Source of the DNA: an uncultured Pseudomonadota bacterium
Lineage (GTDB): Bacteria; Oederibacteriota; Muellerivitia; Muellerivitales; Muellerivitaceae
Length of the DNA: 22,258 nucleotides
Assembly: GCA_963843375.1 (NCBI GenBank)
Contig: CAWJKT010000025.1
Location: 1 to 22,258, forward strand
Direction of reading: 5' to 3'
The translations under genes and the position numbers were made by a program. This document shows, in pieces, positions 9,250 through 16,475 of the stretch (its first letter is position 1; each line of letters begins with the position of its first letter). A model generated the notes under the pieces. That model was not told the DNA's origin. It saw only the letters and a list, made by a program, of their open reading frames with translations, and searched no databases.

Positions 9250-9280
9250 GGATTTACTCAAATTGATATAAGGATTGAAT

Positions 9281-9943
9281 GTGGATTTCTTTTTAATTCT
9301 ACAAATAATTTTCGATGTGGTTTTATTGTTTGGGATTTTATTTTTATTTCATTTTTCAGTTCATCAAACTGATAAGAAGAAGGAAGACTCTGATATTTTG
9401 AAGGACGTTCAAGTTCAGGAAATCCGAGACAACCTTCAAGAACTTTTAATGACGCTCAAACAACTGGGGAAGGAAGTGTCGGATAATATTCAGGAACAAG
9501 TTAAAGAGGCCGAGACGAAAACGGAGAGCTTCAAAAAAACTATTTCCAAGTTTCAAAAAGATTTGACTAAAGTGAATAAGATTTCGGACGAATTGAACCA
9601 AGAGCGCCTGCGGCTGGAAGAAAAGACAAACGTAATTGAGGCGGCGAAAATGAAAGATTCAAGAGTTGTTTCGCAAGCCCGGGATTCTTCGGCAATTTCT
9701 GACATGGGGTTGAAAAAATCCGCTACGAAGATTAATGGCGGACAACAAAAGCCTTCAATGGATATTGAGTTGAATGGCGGCGCCAAAAACATGGGGGTTT
9801 CTTCCGATTTGGTGAGGGAAGTTTATCGGTTGGCGGATTTGAGGAAGGAAACCAATGAAATCATCCAGCGTACGAAGCTTAGCCGGGCGGAAGTTCAGTT
9901 GATTTTGAATTTGCGCGTGAATCGGTTCGCGACGCCAAATTGA
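9281..9943 (+). CDS. Membrane-anchored coiled-coil protein with C-terminal HTH-like motif, SwrB/DUF6115/DUF2802-like
   Basis: One N-terminal TM helix, a long coiled coil and C-terminal 'EIIQRTKLSRAEVQLILNL'. GTG 9281 is well spaced from AAGGA (the track starts at TTG 9275). Confidence 0.6.
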   Translation: MDFFLILQIIFDVVLLFGILFLFHFSVHQTDKKKEDSDILKDVQVQEIRDNLQELLMTLKQLGKEVSDNIQEQVKEAETKTESFKKTISKFQKDLTKVNKISDELNQERLRLEEKTNVIEAAKMKDSRVVSQARDSSAISDMGLKKSATKINGGQQKPSMDIELNGGAKNMGVSSDLVREVYRLADLRKETNEIIQRTKLSRAEVQLILNLRVNRFATPN

Positions 9944-9967
9944 ACGGAGATTAAATTAAAATATAAT
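9940..9967 (+). promoter_or_regulatory. Candidate sigma-70 promoter
   Basis: TTGAAC-N16-TATAAT, 31 nt upstream of ATG 9999. Confidence 0.5.
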
Positions 9968-9998
9968 CTTATTACAAGTGCTTGGTTAAGGAAGTTTG

Positions 9999-10643
9999 AT
10001 GCAAAAATATTATTCGATAGAGGTGATTGGCCCGAATAAGGAACTTTTTACGATGGGGAAGTTTTCTGAAATTCCGGGTTCAAACCTTGGAATCATTGGA
10101 AAAGTTACCGGGCCTGGGAAATACATCGTGAATTTAATGGATGGACAACAGATATCTGTTCGTGGCGCAAGAGGTATAAAGGTTGGCGATGAAGTTCACG
10201 TCTTGACGAATGTTGAGAATGTGAAAGTAACAAAAGATAACTTGGAATCCCAAGAGGTCAAATTCAAGGAACCGGGATTGCAGTTACATGCTTTTTTACC
10301 GTTAGGATTTGGGGGTAAAGACGCGAGTGCATCTTTAAGGGTTTACGTTGAAAAGAAAAAAGATGAATTTTTAAAAAATTTTTTACCGGCAATTTATTTT
10401 GTTTTCAATATTCACACCGAGAAACTGGGCGAGCTTCAGTGGAGCATCTATATGAAAGGTCGTCAAGTGGCCATACAAGTTTTTTCCGATATTGTGCATA
10501 TAGAAAATGATGTGTTTAAAAAAATAGTTAATAATGTTGAAAAAAACCTTAGGGACGCGGGTTTTCACTTGATGACTCCAACGGTTTTTTTAAAGAATGC
10601 ATTTCGAATCCCCGAGGGTTTTCGCTTAAATGTTAAGGGGTGA
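9999..10643 (+). CDS. Hypothetical protein with FliK C-terminal (T3S4)-like domain
   Basis: C-terminal 'FNIHTEKLGELQWSIYMKGRQVAIQVFSD...VEKNLRDAGF' resembles the FliK_C pattern; directly precedes a FlhB_C-like gene; ATG 9999 after AAGGAAG. Confidence 0.5.
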   Translation: MQKYYSIEVIGPNKELFTMGKFSEIPGSNLGIIGKVTGPGKYIVNLMDGQQISVRGARGIKVGDEVHVLTNVENVKVTKDNLESQEVKFKEPGLQLHAFLPLGFGGKDASASLRVYVEKKKDEFLKNFLPAIYFVFNIHTEKLGELQWSIYMKGRQVAIQVFSDIVHIENDVFKKIVNNVEKNLRDAGFHLMTPTVFLKNAFRIPEGFRLNVKG

Positions 10644-10949
10644 TTGTTGAGTCCGGAACCGCGGCGCCGAAAGAAAACGACACGAAAGACTGCGGTAGCT
10701 ATTCAGTATGATCGGGAAGCGATGTCGGCTCCCAAGGTCGTTGCGAAGGGACGGGGAGGAGTTGCTGAACGATTAATTGAATTGGCACGAGAAAATAAAA
10801 TACCGATTGTGGAAGACAAGTTATTGGTAGAGATGTTGGATCAATTAAATTTGAACCAAGAAATTCCAGGTGAGCTGTATCAAGTAGTGGCAGAAATTTT
10901 AGTTGCGGTTTATAAAGCAGAAGCGGGATTGAAAAAAAAGACATCCTGA
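10644..10949 (+). CDS. Stand-alone FlhB C-terminal domain protein (EscU/YscU/HrcU family, YlqH/FlhX-like)
   Basis: 'AVAIQYD...APKVVAKGRGGVAERLIELARENKIPIVED...EIPGELYQVVAEIL' aligns by eye with the post-NPTH part of FlhB in this window. Start is TTG 10644 or 10647. Confidence 0.9.
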   Translation: MLSPEPRRRKKTTRKTAVAIQYDREAMSAPKVVAKGRGGVAERLIELARENKIPIVEDKLLVEMLDQLNLNQEIPGELYQVVAEILVAVYKAEAGLKKKTS

Positions 10950-10997
10950 TCAATTCGACCGCGTCGGTTTTGGGGCGCGAGAAGGACAATTTAAACG

Positions 10998-13157
10998 GTG
11001 CGAAAAATTTCAAAGTCTTTACATTTATTGATTTTAAAACCGAATTGTTTAGGGCGTTATTTGATTTTGCTCTTGGCGTTTTTCTGCGGGAATGCGACTG
11101 GGGCATTTGCCCAAACCACACCAATATTCGGACAACCATACACTTTTGGTATCGGCCCCAGAGCAATTGGTATGGGGGGGGCGTTTGTGGCGGTTGCGGA
11201 CGATGCATCAGCCGCTTATTGGAACGTTGCTGGGTTAGCTCAAATATCATCCTATGAAATTTCTCTCTCCAGTGCTCCTAATTATTTTTATCGGAATCAA
11301 GATTATGTTGCTGCGACTCCCACTTCGCCAAGTAACAGTCCGGGTTTTGGTTTTCCTTGGTACGCTTCTTTGCAGATTATTATCCCGGTGGCGAAGGATA
11401 ATACCTTCGGGATTTCCTTATTTCGTCCATATCATACGCAAAGTGATCTTTTTGCCGGAAATACAACCATAAATTCCAATCAAGCTTCGGAAGGAAGTTA
11501 TCTTTTAAATCCGACTTTTCAAGAAAGTGTTATTGAACTCTCTTATGCCGCTAGGCTACCGGCGGTAAGGAATTTCTTGGTCGGAATCAGCATCAAAAGG
11601 GTCACCAATGACCCTGATTACATTGACTATTTCGGCAATGATCCCGACCTCATTGAACAATTGACCAATCCGGTTCGAGTGATTGGGTATGGGGTGGATT
11701 TGGGAATCTTGTACCGTATTCCGGTCACCAAGTATTCTGAAGAATTTAGAATTGGCCTTGCATTAAATAATTTGGTTAGTCGCGTCCAATACCCCAATGG
11801 GTTGTTAATTAGTCCAGGGGACGGCACCCCTGTTTTCGAAAATCCTGGCCCGGGGTCTGAATTCCAGATGCCGCCCCAAATTACCCTGGGAATTGCTTAT
11901 AAAAATAATTATTTCTTTAAGGTTCGGAATATTACTGCTTTTGATTTTGACCAAATTTCAGATCCGGATTTTGGCAATACGAATAATAAAATTATGCATT
12001 TTGGTACGGAGTTCTGGTTTTTTAAAGATGTGGTAGGAATTCGTGCGGGATATTCAACCCCCTTAAGCGCGCCCGGAAATATCAGCCTGGGAGGGAGTAT
12101 CCGTGCTTTGGGTGGTGATTTTGAACTGGATGCCGCTTATTTGCAGGCGGTGAGTCCAACGGCAGATATTGCGGCGGGATCTCAGATTGGAACCTATGAC
12201 ACGGGTGGCATTAATTATGAGCCCTTTTATATAGGCGCGACTTATCAATTTGGGGGTGGCGAGGAAATTCCCCCTCCCAAGGTGCGCGCTTTTGTTCGAC
12301 CGGCTGCCTTTACTCCTTCTCAGGGAGAAAAGGCGACCTTTAGTTTAGATACGACGGAAGATGTAAATATCAACCGTTGGAGTGTTCTTATTTATGATCA
12401 AACGGATCATTTGGTTCGAGGTTTAAGGGGAAGTGGATCTCCGCCGACCAAGTTATTGTGGAGTGGAGAAAATGAACAATATGAACCGCTTCCGCCCGGG
12501 ATTTATACCTGGTCATTCCAAGTTCAAGACCAGTTGGAACATGTAGGTTCAACCCCGGTCCAAACAGTGGAGATTTTGGCGCCTCCGGAAGCCGGGGCGG
12601 CTAAAGATCCAAGTAAACTCTTTGCAATTCGGCAACAACAAGCTGCGCTTTTAGCGCAAGAAAGACAGCAATTAACCGAATTGGCCCAACAAAGCCTTCG
12701 GCAATTATTGGGAACCGAAGAAGCGACCCCTACGACTGCGACTGCCGGTGAGAATCCAACTCCCGTAGAAGCTGGAGGAAATACAAATTATCCGGCCTTA
12801 GGACTTGAAGGGGTTCGGAATTTAACACCAGGCGAAGGATTAAATAGCCACAAAGAACCGGATTCAAATGGGGATCCAATGCTTGTTGTTAGCTATAAAT
12901 CAAAGCTAAACGACGCCAATTACGTTATTCAAGAAGCCGCCGATGTGATGAAAAATGACGTAAAAACAGTTGGAACTAAGGATTTTAAATCGATGTTAAT
13001 TAATGTATATTATGGCCAGCAGGGGAACGTGCTTTCGGTGAAAGCCAATACGGAAGCTGCGGCCAATTATGAATCTGGCAAAATTGATTTGTTAAGACTC
13101 AAACAATTATCAGAAATCTCTATAAATGGCGTAAAGGTGGAACCGGATGCTCAATAA
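10998..13157 (+). CDS. Secreted PorV/PorQ(UPF0164)-like beta-barrel protein with FlgD-Ig/CHU_C-like domain, coiled coil and unknown C-terminal domain
   Basis: Signal peptide (AFA|Q); family motif 'GPRAIGMGGAFVAVADDASAAYWNVAGLAQ'; amphipathic strands ending 'YIGATYQF'; then 'PAAFTP...WSVLIYD...LVR...LLWSGENE...LPPGIYTW'. Confidence 0.72.
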   Translation: MRKISKSLHLLILKPNCLGRYLILLLAFFCGNATGAFAQTTPIFGQPYTFGIGPRAIGMGGAFVAVADDASAAYWNVAGLAQISSYEISLSSAPNYFYRNQDYVAATPTSPSNSPGFGFPWYASLQIIIPVAKDNTFGISLFRPYHTQSDLFAGNTTINSNQASEGSYLLNPTFQESVIELSYAARLPAVRNFLVGISIKRVTNDPDYIDYFGNDPDLIEQLTNPVRVIGYGVDLGILYRIPVTKYSEEFRIGLALNNLVSRVQYPNGLLISPGDGTPVFENPGPGSEFQMPPQITLGIAYKNNYFFKVRNITAFDFDQISDPDFGNTNNKIMHFGTEFWFFKDVVGIRAGYSTPLSAPGNISLGGSIRALGGDFELDAAYLQAVSPTADIAAGSQIGTYDTGGINYEPFYIGATYQFGGGEEIPPPKVRAFVRPAAFTPSQGEKATFSLDTTEDVNINRWSVLIYDQTDHLVRGLRGSGSPPTKLLWSGENEQYEPLPPGIYTWSFQVQDQLEHVGSTPVQTVEILAPPEAGAAKDPSKLFAIRQQQAALLAQERQQLTELAQQSLRQLLGTEEATPTTATAGENPTPVEAGGNTNYPALGLEGVRNLTPGEGLNSHKEPDSNGDPMLVVSYKSKLNDANYVIQEAADVMKNDVKTVGTKDFKSMLINVYYGQQGNVLSVKANTEAAANYESGKIDLLRLKQLSEISINGVKVEPDAQ

Positions 13158-14718
13158 AATTCTGGGGCTGACCCTTCTCCTTTTTTCCCTGGTTGTTTCA
13201 GGATATGCGGCTTTTGACAAGGGGGGGATTACGGGCGACGGTGCTCGGCCTTTGGGAATGGGTGGGGCTTTTGCCTCGATAGCTGATTCGGGCGACGCCA
13301 TATTTTACAACCCAGCTGGGTTGGTCCAAGTCTTAAGGCCTGAAATTTCCGGAATGGGCGCGGTTCTTCTCAATGGGAAGGAAGATTTATTTGACTTTGC
13401 CTATGTCCAACCTTTTGGCGACCAATTCGCATGGGCTTTGGCCACTCAACAGCTTTTGTTTTCGGATGGTTCTGAAAATGAAAGAATTTATTACGGATCA
13501 TTTGCCGCTCCCTTGTCTATCGATAAATCGATTTCTTTTGGACTAAATGTCAAACTTTTTGGAGTCGATTCAGCAACTCAGCCGGGTCAACAAGCCAGCG
13601 GAACGGGACTGGATATGGGGTTTCTATACCATCTTCCAATATTGGATCCACGCTATGGCAAGCAAATTAACCTTGGATTGTGTGCGCAGGATCTTGATAC
13701 CCAAATTAGATACCAGGCCGGGAACGAAGAACCCGTTGCATTTAGCGTCAAGGGCGGGTCAAGTTATGAATTCAATGACGATCTAATTGCAGCCTGTGAA
13801 TTTGAAAGTATTGCCGATCCCAATTTAGGCGATCATACGATTATTCATACCGGGATTGAAGGCTGGTTTTTCGAGGATCAACTGGGCCTTCGGACGGGTT
13901 ATAGCGGTTTCGAAACTTTGCCGGGCGCATTTACGGCTGGGATAAGTTATCGTTCCAGTACTTGGGGAATTGAATATGCCTATATCGGCCACCCTGAGTA
14001 CCTTGGCGATTCCCATCGGATTTCAGCCAGTTGGAGATTTGGCGATTCTTTTCTTGGAAAAGTGAAAAGCTTTATTCCAGAGGGAGTTAACGCCTATGTT
14101 GAAGGTGACATCATCACGCTTCGGTGGAATAACTCTCCATCGTTATCATTATCAGGTTATAACGTTTATTTCAGCAAAACATCTGGCGGGGGTTACTTGA
14201 AGATTAACCAGAGACCCATTAAAGCCAATTATTATTCCTTACGGGGTTTGGAAAAAAACACTCATTATTATTTTGTAGTAAGTTCGGTAACCAATACAAT
14301 TCCGCCAGTGGAAAGTCAATTTTCACAAGAGGTAATGGCGGGGACTACCTCTGCACCGGGGGCTCCAGTTGTGGTACAAAGTGAAGTCCAAAACGAAGGC
14401 GTAATTGATATTGCCAAACAAGAAGGCATGGCTGGTTGGGGCGACCCGGCAAAAAGCGGGTTGAAGGGTTACAATATTTATGTTTCCGAAGTTTCTGGTG
14501 GAAGATTCGATAAAGTTAATGCTCAACCGATTGCAAATGTTCCGACTTATATAGTTCGAAAATTAAAAGTTGGTCAACGATATTACTTTACGTTTACGTC
14601 CGTTTCCAATGATGGTACGGAGAGCGCGCATTCTAAAGAAGTATCAGCAGTGGCTTTGCCTTTCAATTCCGTAGCACAGTCATCCGGGACAAATGTTCCG
14701 AATCAAACAAACCGTTAG
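13147..14718 (+). CDS. Secreted PorV/PorQ(UPF0164)-like beta-barrel protein with two C-terminal fibronectin type III domains
   Basis: Signal peptide (GYA|A); motif 'GARPLGMGGAFASIADSGDAIFYNPAGLVQ'; barrel end 'LGDSHRISASWRF'; FN3 repeats 'LRW...GYNVY...GLEKNTHYYFVVSSV...ESQFS' and 'W...GYNIY...KLKVGQRYYFTFTSV...ESAHS'. Confidence 0.75.
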   Translation: MLNKILGLTLLLFSLVVSGYAAFDKGGITGDGARPLGMGGAFASIADSGDAIFYNPAGLVQVLRPEISGMGAVLLNGKEDLFDFAYVQPFGDQFAWALATQQLLFSDGSENERIYYGSFAAPLSIDKSISFGLNVKLFGVDSATQPGQQASGTGLDMGFLYHLPILDPRYGKQINLGLCAQDLDTQIRYQAGNEEPVAFSVKGGSSYEFNDDLIAACEFESIADPNLGDHTIIHTGIEGWFFEDQLGLRTGYSGFETLPGAFTAGISYRSSTWGIEYAYIGHPEYLGDSHRISASWRFGDSFLGKVKSFIPEGVNAYVEGDIITLRWNNSPSLSLSGYNVYFSKTSGGGYLKINQRPIKANYYSLRGLEKNTHYYFVVSSVTNTIPPVESQFSQEVMAGTTSAPGAPVVVQSEVQNEGVIDIAKQEGMAGWGDPAKSGLKGYNIYVSEVSGGRFDKVNAQPIANVPTYIVRKLKVGQRYYFTFTSVSNDGTESAHSKEVSAVALPFNSVAQSSGTNVPNQTNR

Positions 14719-14733
14719 TTAAGGAGCGAGAAA

Positions 14734-15519
14734 ATGCCCAGTGGCCTTTACATAGCAGCTTCGGGTATGGATTCGGCTCTTATGCGCCAAAACGTTATCG
14801 CGAACAACTTGGCAAATCTTCAAACCCCTGGTTTTAAACAAAATCGAGAGGTCGATATCGCTTTTCCGACTTACCTCATCGCCCGATTACACGATCAACG
14901 AATGAATGTAATGGATGGAACCGCGGAAATTCGGCCGAATATTGGTGTTATGGGTGGCGGGGTTATTCCACAGGAAGTTGCCACGGATTATTCCCAGGGT
15001 TCTCACCTTGAAACTAAAAACCCCTTAGATTTTGCCTTGAATGGGCCTGGCTTTTTCTCGGTTTTAAATCCAGATGGAAAAACATTGTTGACAAGAGACG
15101 GGAGCTTTAGTTTGGATAATAATGGGCGTCTTGTTACTAAAGATGGATTACCTGTTTTGGGCCATAATGGCGAAATATATATTGATGGAAATGAGGTGAC
15201 TGCCGACCAAGAGGGAAATATATCCGTTGATGGAAAAGCGCTTGATCAGCTTTTAACCGTCAAAGTACAAAACGTTGATCAATTAACAAAGGTTGGCCAT
15301 TCACTTTTCAAAACGACTCCCAAAACAAAGGTCGATATGGCGCCTGATGGAATTCAAGTTCAACAAGGTTTTTTGGAACAATCAAACGTGAATTCGATCA
15401 CTGAAATGGTTAATATGATCGATACTTATCGATCTTATGAATTGAATTCCAGAATCATTTCGACTTTTGACCATCTTGGTGAAGAGGCCGCAACTGAAAT
15501 TGGAACTTTAAGGGTTTAA
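14734..15519 (+). CDS. flgF: Flagellar basal-body proximal rod protein FlgF (FlhO-like)
   Basis: 'ANNLANLQTPGFK', 'NPLDFAL', 'LTRDGSF', 'QGFLEQSNVN..EMVNMI'; first of the flgF-flgG pair; AAGGAG RBS. Confidence 0.85.
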   Translation: MPSGLYIAASGMDSALMRQNVIANNLANLQTPGFKQNREVDIAFPTYLIARLHDQRMNVMDGTAEIRPNIGVMGGGVIPQEVATDYSQGSHLETKNPLDFALNGPGFFSVLNPDGKTLLTRDGSFSLDNNGRLVTKDGLPVLGHNGEIYIDGNEVTADQEGNISVDGKALDQLLTVKVQNVDQLTKVGHSLFKTTPKTKVDMAPDGIQVQQGFLEQSNVNSITEMVNMIDTYRSYELNSRIISTFDHLGEEAATEIGTLRV

Positions 15520-15661
15520 TTTAACAAGGTTTTGATGGTTGGGTAAGTGGAAGTAAACGGCCGGACTGCTATGCAGGGGCCGTTCCAGCGCTGAACGATT
15601 GAGGCGAGGGAAAAACTGAAAGCTGAAGTTATTACCGGCTTTCAAACCTGAGGAGGCTTTT

Positions 15662-16460
15662 ATGATGCAGTCACTGTACACGGCGGCTACGGGTATGTCC
15701 GCCCAACAGTTGAATCTTGACACGATTTCCAACAACTTGGCAAACGTGAGCACCACGGGGTTCAAAGCCCAACGGGTGGATTTTCAGGACTTAGTCTATA
15801 GCAATTTGAAACCGGCTGGGACGCCCACTTCCCCCGAAACAAACACTCCCGATGGGCTTCAGATCGGTGAAGGCGTTATGCCGATTTCGACTGAACGAAT
15901 TTTCACCGAAGGGGCCATTCAAAACACTAACAATCCTTTGGATGTATTAATAACTGGAAACAGCGGTTTTTTCCAAGTGACACTTCCGAATGGGGAAACG
16001 GCGTACACTCGCGATGGTTCTTTTACCCAGGATGGTAACGGAAACATTGTCACGGCGAATGGTTATTTTTTAAACCCTCCCATCCAGCTTCCTGCAGAAA
16101 CAAGTTCTATTCAAATCACCTCGACTGGTCAGGTCATGGTGCAGGCTGGAGGATCTACCCAGGCGGTCCAAATTGGCCAGTTGGAATTAACGAATTTTGT
16201 AAATCCGGGCGGGCTTAGCGCGATTGGGAATAACCTTTTTCTGCAAACCCCGGCTTCGGGAGATCCTATTGTAGGAACCCCTGGCGCTGATAGGATTTTC
16301 CCAGGTTCAACAAGGTTCTCTGGAAACCTCTAACGTGGATGTGGTAACCGAGATGGTTAACATGATTGTAGCTCAACGCGCCTATGAAATGAATTCAAAG
16401 ACCGTTTCAACCGCTGATACTATGTTGCTGGATCTTGCCGACATGAAGCAATTTCCCTGA
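15662..16460 (+). CDS. flgG: Flagellar distal rod protein FlgG (apparent +1 frameshift near 16292)
   Basis: '[20 protein letters not shown]', 'GLQIGEGV', 'FVNPGGL'. The conserved C-terminus '[30 protein letters not shown]' continues in the +1 frame to TGA 16458-16460 (265 aa once repaired). Confidence 0.93.
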
Positions 16461-16475
16461 TGCTGAATTAGCGGC

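Noticed and set aside
10955..10971. Small hairpin GACCG-CGT-CGGTT followed by Ts as a terminator before the barrel genes
   Set aside because: Only a 4-5 bp stem with a 3-nt loop and a short U run; too weak to call.
10699..11250. 183-aa minus-strand ORF and the other short minus-strand ORFs in the track
   Set aside because: They lie wholly or largely antisense to well-supported genes and show no recognisable motifs.
10970..11257. Cys/Trp-rich 95-aa + strand ORF (possible RiPP or metal-binding peptide)
   Set aside because: It is an out-of-frame shadow of the barrel gene's signal peptide and conserved GMGGA motif.
10998..14718. A complete type IX secretion system, or a mobile/HGT insertion
   Set aside because: No SprA or PorK/L/M/N genes are in the window. 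There is no integrase, transposase or flanking direct repeat, and no obvious compositional break by eye.
15520..15661. c-di-GMP-I/II riboswitch call for the flgF-flgG spacer
   Set aside because: The conserved GGCAAA/GAAA-tetraloop-receptor and GGGCAC/GUGCAA pseudoknot elements are not visible; kept only as an unassigned structure.
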